This document shows positions 12,887-24,983 of a stretch of 64,000 bases of DNA, piece by piece. Every line of letters starts with the position of its first letter. Positions within the stretch are counted from its first letter, which is position 1. Made by a program: the position numbers and the translations under genes. Below the pieces are notes generated by a model that saw only the letters and a list, made by a program, of their open reading frames with translations, had not been told where the DNA came from and did no database searches. The DNA is from Octopus bimaculoides (Eukaryota): contig NC_069003.1 of the NCBI RefSeq assembly GCF_001194135.2, positions 1,604,272 to 1,668,271 on the forward strand, in the 5' to 3' direction.

Positions 12887-13062
12887 TTTCACCACATAAT
12901 TTTTTTTCTACTCTAGTCACAAAATTTATAGATTTTAGTCGGTACCACAATGGCTTTATTTATTTCTATTTTTGTAAGGCGCAGGGAACGATGGATCACA
13001 TTATCCTTCGTCCCAATATCTAAGATCTGATGTAGTGTTGTATGATTTTAAAGAGATCTCAC

Positions 13063-13104
13063 CGCTATTTCTTGCAATCGAAAACACCGTGTAGATTACG
13101 TTGT
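13063..13104 (-). CDS. Candidate 42-nt phase-1 symmetric exon (unknown gene)
   Basis: Acceptor ctacaaaattgcag and donor gcg|gtgaga. Only phase 1 is open: (x)NVIYTVFSIARNS. Confidence 0.25.
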
Positions 13105-13445
13105 CTGCAATTTTGTAGCGAAAGATACATGAAGACTACTTCACTGAGCCAGACAACTACACACAGTTCCTCTTCTAATTATCATCGCATCAAATTCCAT
13201 TTGAAGACAACCTTGCATAAAACAAAACATCGCTACAACAACACATGCACAACTGCACACAACGACAGTCCACACTCCGACATATGCATACCAGAAACAG
13301 CCAACCGCCAACACTATCAGTGCCTACAGATCACTCAACATAACAGCACGACGCTGACAAATATATACACATATATACACATTGACTTTTCCTCTCACTA
13401 TGTGTATGTATATATATATATATATATACCAACAACTTTCTCACA

Positions 13446-13485
<40 letters not shown>

Positions 13486-13899
13486 TGTTTATGTATGTAC
13501 ACACACACATATACATATATGTGTATATATATANNNNNNNNNNNNNNNNNNNNNNNNNNNNNNNNNNNNNNNNNNNNNNNNNNNNNNNNNNNNNNNNNNN
13601 NNNNNNNNNNNNNNNNNNNNNNNNNNNNNNNNNNNNNNNNNNNNNNNNNNNNNNNNNNNNNNNNNNNNNNTATATATGTAGGTGTTTGTACGTTGACACG
13701 CGCAGACGCGCACAAACACACACGTGTACATATATATATTAGCGAATATACACACTAGTATACATATTCATAGAGAGTACCGATGGAGCAATCAGCCATG
13801 TTATATCGACCAACCAATATATGCCGGTTTGTTAATCAGTTTTAAAGGTATGCGCTCATTAACTATTCATAGCTCTTTGCAATTACCATTCTTCAAGGC

Positions 13900-16800
13900 A
13901 TCATTCGGAATTCTGTCTCTCTTTCTCTCTCACTCACTCACTAACTCACTACCTCTGACTTTCCATCCGTTCTCACGTTTGTCTTCTTCATGTTGTGTTT
14001 GTTTTTCTTCTATATTTACTTTTCATCATCATTACCTTCATCATTATCATCATCATAGTTACTTTGTTGTTGTTGTTTCTCTCCTTCTCCTCCACCTCCT
14101 CCTCATTCTCTTCCTTTTCGTCTTCCACACATTGCTGTTGGTGGCTTATCCATTACTAACTCTTCCTTTCGTATTCTTTCACAATGTGTTTTCCTTGTGT
14201 TTCGCTCCTCCTGTCACTATTATTATCATTATTATTATTATTATTATCTTGCTTTTTTTTTTACCTGCTTGCTGTTATTACTCATCTTGCATTTTTTTTT
14301 CATTTCTCTCTTCTTTTCTTTTTCCAACTCCCAATGGTTTTTGCTTTGTTTCATTTCCATTTTTTGTTTTTATTATCTCATTTCCTTTTTCATTAAATTT
14401 TTCCAAGGTCGATGATGGATTTTGCTTCAATTGTTTCTATTTTGTGCTAATTTTTCTTTCTTTCTTTTTAAATTTTAATTTTCCTAAACTCATTCCACCC
14501 ATTCTCGTCATCAAGTCACTCTGTATTCTCTCCATTGTCAAACCTTCCACTTTTTCTCTTTTCATCCAAACTACCATCTTTGTTTTCCTTCTTTAGTTAT
14601 TCCAATGTTATTTGTTTTTGTCTGTCTTCCCCATTCTTGTTTATTATTATTTTTATCAAATTATTACCATTATTATGTTGTAATTTGTCCTTGTAATGTA
14701 CCCCTTCCGTCGACTCCAAGTGGAAATGTAACAAAAATTGTTGCTGCTGCTACTGCTGTTGCTGTAATCATTGTTTCGTCGTTGTTGTTGTTGTACATGT
14801 TGTCGTTGCTAATATTTTTATCATTTAAAGTTGCAATAAGCGTTTTCTTTTTGCCTTTAAATTTAGTGTTTTATTTCTTCTTTTAGTTTCTGTAGAAATT
14901 CTCATTCTTTTCTTAAAACTATATTCCTGCTTTGTTTGTTATATGACTTTCGTTCTTACGTTTATTCCTTATATCAAACCCCCTTCATTCCATTTCATTC
15001 TATTTATCATACGCTCACCTCTTCTTTTATAATGATGTTGGTCGTTTTTCTAAGGTACGGTTTCGCTTTCCTCCCGTGTTGGGGGCCATTTCTCTTTTCA
15101 TTCCAGTCCGAATTATTCTTCAATTTTCATACACAATTGCAATGTGTTAATTTGTCTCTTCTTATATATTCATTCATTCTGAGCGTCGTTTGGCGTAACA
15201 TATTCTCTTTTTTTTTATTTATTAACATTTTTTCCTCTCTTCATTTGGCTTTTTCGTGTATTAAAGTTTTCCAATTTTACTCCCACTAATCTATATTGGA
15301 ATTTTGTTTGTTGAGTACTCCGCAAAGTCGACTACATGCCATATCGTCATGGCAGATGAGGAGGTTTCTCGGGGAGATGATGAATGTCCAGAACTCTTCT
15401 AACCCGGTCGGTCAAGAAGAACTAGCAACAACGCGCTGCAGGACTACATGCCCCTCACGTAATACCTAAATGCAGTTTTAATACCTTTGTATTACCTGCG
15501 CAATTTTAATACCTTTGTATGACGTTGCTCGATTTTCCGAGTTTGGTTGTGCTTCCGGCGGTCTTTTCACTGTCGATACGACTGGATTGAAGGCTCATGT
15601 TGGTCGATCACATGCCACACGGTCATGGCAATGAGAAGATGTTTCGAACACTTCTCGCTCGGGAGGTTCCGGAAATATACCGAAAATGGTGATTGCAGCA
15701 ACACGCTACATCGGCGAATAACTCATCATCTGCATCCCTCATCTTTTCCACCAAATAATATCCATAATAACGTTTCCATGTTCTTCACCAAATACTAGAT
15801 ATTTCATCCTTTCTTTCTCTGATCGATCTGCATTAATTGATATTTCTCCTTCCATTTTCACACATTTATTCTTCCCTTTGTTCTTTCGAACTCCCTTCCA
15901 TCTTTTACTTATCTAGTCCATGTTTATTCATTTCTCTCACTTGATTCTGTTATTCTTCTATGCAGACTTCACTTCAATTCCATCGTTTATAATCCGCATT
16001 TTTCTTTTCTTTTATGCAATCATATATCGGCTAATCCTGCAAATATAGAATTTGTCGATTCTTCACTTGTTAGTCTTCTTTCCTTCGTTTCAATCTCTCT
16101 CTTTTTTTATTCATTTCTTTCTTTCTGCCAATTTTATTCCACTTTAATCTTCCTGTTTATTTTCTCTTTCTCATATTTTTCACTCATTCTTACCTTTTCT
16201 TTTTTTTTATATTTTAACTTTTCTCATTCTTCCTTTGTTTCTTACATTTTCACTATTTTCGCTTTTTTTTCTTCCATTTCAATGTCATAATTGCTCTGTC
16301 TTTTTTAACGAACATGTTTTTTAATATTGTTTTTTATATTCTTGTTAAATATTTTTTTTTGTTTTTTTGTTATCAAGTGTCTCTTTCATTCTTTTATTCA
16401 TTGGTTCATTCCTTCTCGCGTGCTTGATTTTTAAACATTCTTCTTCTTTTAACATTTCCTTCTAATCGTTCTTTTTACACTTTCTTTTATTTCTCCATTC
16501 TTATATAATCAATCTTGCTTCCTTTGTTTTAATATTTCTTTTCTATTTTATTCATTTTTTTCTTTCATTTTAATATTTCTTGTCAATATTTCTCTTCTTT
16601 AATCTATTCTTTTAAAATATTTTTCTTTGATTTTATCTCCTCTTTCTTTCCAATCTTTCCCTTTTGTTTTTAAGTCTTTCTTTCAATTCAAATTTTTCTT
16701 TCTTCTTTCATTTCTCGCTCTTCTTAATTTTGTTTACTTCCTTTAATTTATTCCTCCGATTCGGTAGCGTCTTTTTCTTTTCTCCGTTCATTTCAATAAT
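13900..16800. repeat. Long T/C-rich low-complexity tract (degenerate microsatellites)
   Basis: Plus strand dominated by runs of t and c, with cat, tta and ctc remnants; interrupted by a GC-richer island at ~15300-15800. Confidence 0.85.
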
Positions 16801-17202
16801 GTCTTTCATCACTGACGATCTAAATGAGCGGGGGTCGATAAGCTAATCTACGCTCGTGATTTTCTGATTCTCTCTAATCCTAGGGGCCATTAGAATTATC
16901 TCCAATTTCCTTATCACTTATACAGATGGGAAATAAACCTAGCTTCCAGATAGAATATTGATACATTTAAACATATTTCGAATGATCAAAACGTATGTTA
17001 TTCTACCCCACCACTTCAGATCAATCATCATGAACCAGCCATGAGATTCTGAGAATTCAATCTACAGGATTAATATAGAATCCAAATTTATTTCACTCAA
17101 ATTAGAAACTGGAATATCCAAAATGTAAGTATTGTATATTGTGGGGTTTTATGATATGCAAAATAAAAATTGTAAAGTCTAGACAGCCATTTTCGAGAAA
17201 TA

Positions 17203-17291
17203 TAATGCGCCACCTACAGGAGGAATTCAAGCTACAAACCTCTGACCACCAGGCCGAAGCGCGATCCACTAGACCACGCGTGCGCCTTCAC
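17203..17291 (-). mobile_element. SINE family C-type head, degenerate
   Basis: Reverse complement begins GTGAAGGCGCACGCGTGGTCTAGTGG; the plus-strand end CGCCTTCAC also closes the copy at 62150. Confidence 0.6.
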
Positions 17292-17604
17292 AAAAGATAT
17301 TGTGTCAAAATAAAGAATAGTGAAATAAAATTATACTTGGATTTGAAAATTAAAGAGCGAGAGGATTCTTGCTACAACTTCCAACAGCCGTGAAAACACA
17401 AACAATATTCTGCCATTTTCTGTGCTCGTGGGACGGACAAATTAAGACACCTCAAGCAATACGAGAGGTATACAAGATGTAGAACAAAACAGAGTTTTTC
17501 CTTATTCAATATATTTATATAGGAGTGGTCTTTATTTAATATCTTGATAGAAGATTTTATGTCTCTCAGGAGTTTGTACTGTTTGTCGAGTGACAACAAG
17601 AACC

Positions 17605-17906
17605 TCAGACAGACAGTACTCTACGCAATATGCGTGCAGTTCCAAGTAATGCCGACTTTTGCAATACGTCTAGATTGTAGGGTATTTCTAAGTTTTACAG
17701 ATATTTTTTTTGAGAATGGGTAGTATTGAACACAATGCTCCAATGAGAATAGGGATACACTTTATGTTTGACTCTCGTAGCTGTCACATCTTGTCGATAT
17801 CAATTCTCAGGTCTCCATATTTATCAATCGTTTCTCTTTCTTTCTTGATGACATCTTGGTCTCCAGGCACTGCCACGTCGATTCTTAGGCACTCTTCTTT
17901 GTCCCT
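17605..17906 (-). mobile_element. R4/Dong-clade endonuclease C-terminus
   Basis: RDKEECLRIDVAVPGDQDVIKKERETIDKYGDLRIDIDKM*QLRESNIKCIPILIGALCS / LEIPYNLDVLQKSALLGTARILRRVLSV*. Contains the IDVAVPGD, K..KY.DL, IGALG and LQKSALLGTA.ILRRVL motifs. The 3' UTR probably extends below 17605. Confidence 0.9.
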
Positions 17907-17917
17907 CCTCCTCCTCT

Positions 17918-18012
17918 TAATAATAATAATGATAATAATAATAATAACAATAATAATAATAAGAAGAAGAAGAAGAATGATAAAAATAATGATGATGATG
18001 ATGATGATGGTG

Positions 18013-18046
<34 letters not shown>
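17918..18046. repeat. Compound microsatellite (TAA)n-(GAA)n-(TGA)n-(TTA)n
   Basis: Directly visible; the polarity switches from TAA to TTA. Confidence 0.95.
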
Positions 18047-18334
18047 GCGTATTACTGCTAAGAGCGACTTACATTTTGTTCGCTCTGGCAAGTTCTCTAT
18101 GTAAGAGCGGACTGTAGCCTGCTGTCAGAGGTCTCAGAGGATCTCTTTGAGCACATTATAAGCTTTGATATTTGGTCGTTAATTACCGTGAGAGACATTC
18201 AACATCCAAGTTCCAATCTCAAATTCTTAGCGCTCCCCATCAGAGCAGGTTTGTGGCCTTGCTCTGCTCTCATGACAATTCTAATTTGCTGTCATCTCAA
18301 TTCCGAGCTTCTTCTGCTCTCATATAAATTCCGA

Positions 18335-18335
<1 letters not shown>
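18047..18335 (-). mobile_element. 3' terminus of a second, divergent R4/Dong-like element ending in (TAA)n
   Basis: KKLGIEM.../HKPALMGSAKNLRLELGC* (18199-18255), analogous to QKSALLGTA.ILR, followed by ~150 nt of UTR and a taataa tail on the minus strand. Confidence 0.55.

Positions 18336-18367
<32 letters not shown>
18336..18367. repeat. (ATT)n microsatellite
   Basis: Visible att repeats. Confidence 0.95.
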
Positions 18368-18830
18368 GAGTGAAAGAGCAGCGCATATCATCAAAGTGAC
18401 ACGGGAATACAAATATACAAAGCCCAGTATACACATCATGACTTCCCATCTAATAAGTGTACACCAGGCACATGCATCACGACTACATGTGCGCCACATG
18501 ATGATCCCGTGTCCAAATAGATAACGCATGAGTTTGCAGTTGGGGCCCAGTTAGAATCTTCTTCTGGTTGAGCTCATCCCGCTCAAAAAGTTCCTGAATA
18601 AGGGTTGTTTAAGTATTTTGAAACGAAATACCCATGTTTCGAGAGCTGAATTATTCAAATCCCAAAGACATCCACTCAACACATAGCTATGATGCTCCCC
18701 TATTACTTCTGCTGTGACCAGAGTTGCACATATCGTCACCCACCAATGGTCATGCTCAGCTGATGATGGTTATGCCCAAGCATCTGACAAGCAAATCTGT
18801 GGTACCGAGCAGAATATTCACTATAATCCA
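18368..18830 (-). mobile_element. Uncharacterised ~460-bp non-coding interspersed element abutting (AAT)n
   Basis: GC-richer block with no recognisable protein or tRNA boxes, sharply bounded by (ATT)n and an attattaat junction. I recall similar sequence recurring in octopus DNA (unverified). Strand inferred from the position of the AAT tail. Confidence 0.5.
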
Positions 18831-19228
18831 TTATTAATATTATGCGATGTCATATTATTTTCATGTGATGTCCGCCTGCGGATAACTTGTACGATGCCTT
18901 TTTGCAATACACTGCCGCAGGTCGGGCGCAGGTAATCTATTTGGACTAAAGGCAAGGAGTAAGTTCTGAACTTGCATAGTTCATGTTGTTTTTATGCTCG
19001 ACTGAAACCGTCCTATCCTAGGAGATGGTATCTGCATTGCTGCAGCTTCGCCAGTCAAGGCAGACTTGTATTTTCGACTTCAACGTGTCTGTGTTGATCA
19101 CAAAACTCTTTAGTAAGAGTTCAAGTGTGTCATTGAAGTGCTCTTTCTGTAGCAACTTGCATTCCATTGAATTTAGTGATCTCGGTCCAAAACATTTTCC
19201 TGGGTAGTCGATAAAGGATAGACATGCG
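18831..19228 (-). mobile_element. RTE-like LINE 3' end remnant
   Basis: QKEHFNDTLELLLKSFVINTDTLKSKIQVCLDWRS resembles the RTE C-terminal KKRFKDTLK.SLK.F.I..DTWE..AQDR..WR; a degenerate (C)PTCG..H knuckle follows, then an aataat tail. Confidence 0.6.
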
Positions 19229-19767
19229 TATATATATATATTTGTACAGCACCACACAATTTACAACCCCATTGTTTTGACAGGTATTGTAATTTACAAA
19301 TGAGGTGTGGCGAATAAAGTAAGATTTATTATTATTCGGGATTTTCTGCTCTTTTCAGCAAATTTTCTCCATACCCCCTAGGATAAAAGAGAAATTGGTA
19401 ACATGTTCCCTAATTAACTCCCAAAGCTACTGGAAAAAGAAATTAAAGTGTTCACCGTTTCTATCTGCTGAAATACAATTTTGAAATGATTAACTGCACA
19501 CCGAGATTAAGATCCAATAAAATCTTTCTCATGATTTTTTCAGTTATTTATTTATTTCGTCGGTTTTTTTTCTTTTTTCTTTGTGTACTCTTTCAATTTG
19601 TTATTTATTAGAATTTTTTTCCTACTTCTTTCATCGTCATGATCGTGCATTTCCTCATTATCATGTTCAGAATTATCATCATCGTCCTCATTAACTACAA
19701 GTTCATTACGACATAATCATCATCATCATCATCACGGTTATCACCATCAACATCGTCATTAAAAAGC

Positions 19768-19963
19768 GGTTTTAAAATTTTGCACAATGCCAGCAATTCT
19801 GGGAGGAAATGTGGCAAGGAGAGAACATCAACTTCTGGTGCATATTTTAGCGATCCCTAATTGATTAAATGCAAAGTCGACCTGAGCTGAATTCGAACAT
19901 CAGTAAGTAAAGACGGACGAAAGAACGCAATGAATTTTGTTCGGCATGCTATTAACTCTGCCA
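19768..19963 (-). mobile_element. SINE family B, degenerate
   Basis: Plus strand shows AAATTTTGCACAATGCCAGC...GCAAAGTCGACCT...GAATTCGAAC...AAAGACGGACGAAA, the reverse of the family B layout. Confidence 0.65.
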
Positions 19964-20271
19964 AAAAACAAGACCTAGCATAGTATACACAATATGGCCC
20001 TGCTTTCTGCAGAAAATTGCACCCATAAAAGGACGCCTGAAGAATAACAGGATCGATAACAAAATTACTTGCAGATCACGGCACCTCTTTGAAATTGATG
20101 TGTTTGTGAAGCGATGTAAAGTCAATATCAACACTGTCATATCTTCATGTTTACATCACTGATCTGACGATTTGGGATGTGGTTTCCAGGAGGAGAGGTG
20201 GCTGTTCTATTTTCCACGTAAAGATTATGTAGATGCTCTATCATTACCTCCGCCTTACTTTATCTGCTTAC

Positions 20272-20493
20272 GGCCGACCGCCAAATGCGATGGAAGCCTC
20301 GTTGCCTGACATATTCATCCACCTTCACCTCCAACCGATTTGGGAGGGACACTGCTCTGTGACCGCCGGAGATGATTTTGAGAAGGTAGATTTGGCCGTT
20401 GATGAAGCCAAATTCCGATCTTGATCTCGCTGAAGCGAATGATCTTTGAGACCCAGTTGTTCCTCCCGGATTCTGAATAATAGGCCTCTCCAA
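20272..20493 (-). CDS. Candidate 222-nt phase-0 exon (unknown gene)
   Basis: GC-rich unique block; acceptor ccttcgccgtcttctcag and donor gcc|gtaagc. Open for 74 codons: LERPIIQNPGGTTGSQRSFASARSRSEFGFINGQIYLLKIISGGHRAVSLPNRLEVKVDEYVRQRGFHRIWRSA. The other two minus frames are also largely open, so the frame is uncertain. Confidence 0.35.
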
Positions 20494-20738
20494 CTGAGAA
20501 GACGGCGAAGGATGCGGACTTCAGTGATGTAGATCACAGCCTCAAATCAGGATTTTGGTATGACGTGAGACCAATATATATGCAAAATGAGGTATGGTAA
20601 TTCTATATGTTGGTAGATAGATTCAGATATGGCAGAGTCACACTTAATTGCATACTAACACATACATAATTGCATGGGAGCACATACATATCTAAACAGA
20701 TCAATCTTATATGTACTCTCTCTTTCTCACAGACACAG

Positions 20739-20771
<33 letters not shown>

Positions 20772-21836
20772 CTCACACACACACGCATGTATCTATAATA
20801 ATAGACAATATTCTAGATAGGTAAGCAAGATTCACAGACAGTGATATAAATTGGTACTTTGATAAATATATAAGATAACCTATATTTTAAATAGTTCCAA
20901 ATCGTTAAAAAAGAGAAAATAGAATATCTGGCTTGCTAATTATCATCTGATAGCAGTGTTTTGTATTTGATGTATCAAATATGCAATATTAATAATACAT
21001 TTTTTTTTCATATGTTGTTTGACATCGAATAAATTACATGACGTTACATATGCTGCAAAAAGAGGTGGGTAATTTACATTAATAATTTGACTGCATAATT
21101 CATAGCTTCCTGCCAAGATATTCGGATGGAGGAGGGTACGACTTGTCTTAGAGACATATATATTGTAAGAAATCATATCATATTTTTATACGTTTGTTGT
21201 GTTAATTTTATGTATGACACTTGTATGAATCCAAATCTATATGTATGCGCATAAGAATGTATTACTGTATTTCTACATCTGCATATTTATACATATTCAC
21301 AGACACATATATATATATATATGCTCATGTATATATATATATATATATATATTGTTGTATGTATATGTGTGTCTAGCTCTGTGTATGCATGAGAAAGTGT
21401 GTATGTGTATAGTTCGAAAAGTTAGCCTGTGCCTGTGTTTTGGCTTTTCTCGTGGAATAGTAATCTAGCAACAAATAAATATAAAGCAAGTAAGATTTAA
21501 ATATGAATAAATATCAGATGTAAATGGCAAGCCATTGTGAATGTAAGCGTCACTCTATCATTTAATCAATTGTCTCTATCAGCGTGTGGCAAGACATTCT
21601 TCTAATGGCTGTTTAGTATCAATCGCATTGCTTCTTTGTTCACTCTAAAAGCAGTTTGATTCTCGTATGAAATATATACGAATTTTTAATATCTTTAATA
21701 TAGTCATTCTTGTTTTATTTGCGATCAAATTAGACTAACTATGAAAGGAATTGGTACATTTTCTATAGTGATTCTGACGACACTTGATTTCGAGATAAAA
21801 TGCTTGAAGTTCCCAACTAAGTCCTTATCACCAATA

Positions 21837-22058
21837 TACGCGTGGCTGCTGGAAAGTTTTCTGGCTTTAAGTGCGTCGCGAAAAGTTTAGCTGGAGGTAC
21901 AACATTCTGAGTTCTTTTACAAGGCTTAGAAAAAATGAAGGACATCTGTATTAAGTGTGTCAAACTTAGAGGAGAATATGTTGAATAAAATCATAATTAT
22001 CTGAGCCTCCTCTATTTTCTTTTACCCAAAGCCAGACGATTTTCATCACCCCCTCGTA
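21837..22058 (+). mobile_element. Mariner-derived MITE (222 bp, both TIRs, TA flanks)
   Basis: Left TACGCGTGGCTGCTGGAAAGTTTTCTGGCTTT and right AAAGCCAGACGATTTTCATCACCCCCTCGTA are imperfect inverted repeats; the interior retains the transposase end DICIKCVKLRGEYVE*. Confidence 0.85.
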
Positions 22059-23065
22059 TAAGGTAACATTGAGCAGACGATTAAAGTCATTTCCTCCCAT
22101 TTATGTATAGATATGTTGTTGTTGCAACAAGATTTATATATATTTTATATATATACCTTTACATTAAGTTTCCTGAGCCTTTGTGTACGCGATTCAGCAG
22201 TTATTTTATTATAATTAATCTCTTCTGTTTTCATTACTTTAAAGTCAATCAATTTTCATAATAAAGAATGTTTCTACCATCTGAACATTCTCGGGTATCG
22301 TATACATATTTTTCCAGTTATTTCTTACAGTCGCTGTTTGTAGAATGAATATTATGCTTCACTGAAAACGATACCAGAATTTGAGTCGTATCTCGACATA
22401 TCATTCTTGACTGCCGGTGTAATTAAAAATCGTATTTTTCATTGCCAAATACAATTCTCTCAGGGAATATTTATTTCTAGTTTGTCTTTTTTAATTCTTC
22501 CATGCATTAAATATGTTGGCATTAACTTGACAATTTAACATATGTTTATATCTTACTGGTGCATTCCACTCCACTTGCTACAACCCGTTAGGATTTCGGT
22601 GATGACATTAAAATCTAAATAATTTGTAATGTGGCATTTAATTCTTTGACAGATCAACATGAAAACAGTATGATAGGGAGCCTAATTAACAAAAGCATAT
22701 GTTAGACATTATTTTGGGTCCACAGCAGTAGTTCGCAAGAAAAATAATAAGGATATGTAACTGAGGGAGTTGTATTGTTTAAGGTTTCCATTTTTTTCTA
22801 GAGGTTAATGTCTGATATTTTTCTAACATCAACATTTGAATATATCTATCTATCCCCCCATTTACATACGCACACACAAAGACACACACACACGTACGCA
22901 TAATGCCTATATACATGCATATAAATATGAATATGAATATATACATATATATATATAAATAATAAATTATTCAGTTANNNNNNNNNNNNNNNNNNNNNNN
23001 NNNNNNNNNNNNNNNNNNNNNNNNNNNNATATATATATATATATATATAGATATGTGTGTGTGTG

Positions 23066-23123
23066 TGTGTGGTAAGTAGCTTGCTTACCAACCACACGGT
23101 TACGAGCTCAGTCCCACTGCGTG
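23066..23123 (+). mobile_element. SINE family A head only
   Basis: GTGTGGTAAGTAGCTTGCTTACCAACCAC...CAGTCCCACTGCGTG, then unrelated sequence. Confidence 0.8.
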
Positions 23124-24480
23124 TCAATTTGGTTACGAATCAGAACAATTTCGACGTTGATCGTCTTCTCCTTGTGACAAAGAATCTAGCGTCGGCAGAA
23201 GCCCCGGTCCGAGAATCGGGCACTGCAGAGGTGACTAATCCAAGATTTCCCCATGCAACATAATTCCACACACTTTTCATCATGCCCACGAAATAAAGCT
23301 GGGATTTTTCATGCCATAATATTGCCGCTCTTACCGCTTCGACTACTCATGTTTTGCTTCTTATTTGATGAAAGACATAATGGTTGGGTAATTGAGGAAT
23401 TTGTTTTCGAACTTCCAGTTGTCACGTTCGAGTTTTGCAACTTCTAGCTTTGATGTCCGAGCTTAGTGTTGCATGCAAATTAAAACACTTCGGCTGAAAT
23501 TTCCAATGTGGTAATTTCGTGGAAACGTGTCACTGGAAAAATTTATAGAATTAAGGGCAAGTTTTTAGATATCGCCAAATTTATGACGAAATTATCATTT
23601 GGTAAGAATTATCCCATAAGTTTTTCAAATTTCGAAATATATTTTAGCACTAAACTTGAAAAATTATGTTCCATACATCTTCGTCATTTACTATCCAGAA
23701 ATTAGCGGAATATTTCAGGTCACTGCCACCCTATTTCCACCCCTATCTCTTCATATTCCATCGCTAAATTCGCCGACGTCTCTCTCATTTTCTCTACGCC
23801 CTTCCCTCTCCACTGTATATGAATATATAAATATAAATCTAAATATAGAGATATATATAAGTATCCATACTTATAGATATATATAACCATGTATGTATAC
23901 ATATGTTTTTATACATGCATAAATATGTGTGTATGTATGTGCATGTATATATGTATATATCATATGATATATTTTGTTATACATACATATGTATAATACA
24001 TGTACATTTATATAAGCATGTATATATTGGTGTGTGCATATATACATATAATCTCATTCTGCCTATGTTTTCATTTAATCAACTTGTTCAGCTACAAACA
24101 ATCAAGATAGAATAATGAAAACAATAAATAAAGACGCGAAAAGTAGGGGAGAATGAAGAAAAAAAAAGTAATGAAATATATAAATAGAGATATGTGTGTC
24201 TAAGCCTGTAGATAGGATTGACATTGGGAAGTAGCGACATCTGTCGAGTAAATAATGAGTAGAAAGTTGAGTATGAAATCTAGTGTGATTCCCAGTCGCC
24301 ACCATTGTTAACAAGCGGAAATGTTAATCCTCACGTATATATAACACACACATGCGCCTGTGTATGTATATGTATATATATTATTCTGTGCATGTGCGCG
24401 TTTGTATGTATATGATATATATATAAATATGTGTATGTATACGTATAATTAAATATATAAGTACACTCAAGCATCCATAA

Positions 24481-24531
<51 letters not shown>

Positions 24532-24983
24532 AACATATATATTATACTTTTTATATATACACACACACGCACACGGACATACANNNNNNNNNNGCACACG
24601 GACATACACACACATACACGCAAGCACATGCATTTCATACTCTTTCTATGTCAGCATTATGTTGTGTACATGCTCGCATATATACTTAAGTAACTGGTGT
24701 AATGAAAATTAATTATAAAATTATTTATACACTTGCATACAATCAACATCTTACGGGTTGCTTGGTACGCAATTGTTCGGTGAAGTTTTCTATTAAAACG
24801 TTTGCTTATAATTTCGCATAAGTTCAACAGATGTTTACACCTTAACCAAATAAAGATCGTATTAGTGTGTCGTTGGCTCAATTGGAATCTTGATGTCAAA
24901 TACCGCCTGCAATTTCTTCCTTAGTGTTCAAATAATGCCAAGTCCTGTGGGGTTTTTCATCGCTCTTCTGTATCTCTCCATTC

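Noticed and set aside
13724-14596. 290-aa F/L/S/I-rich ORF that looks like a membrane protein
   Set aside because: It lies wholly in T-rich low complexity, and overlapping frames are similarly open, so it is a compositional artefact.
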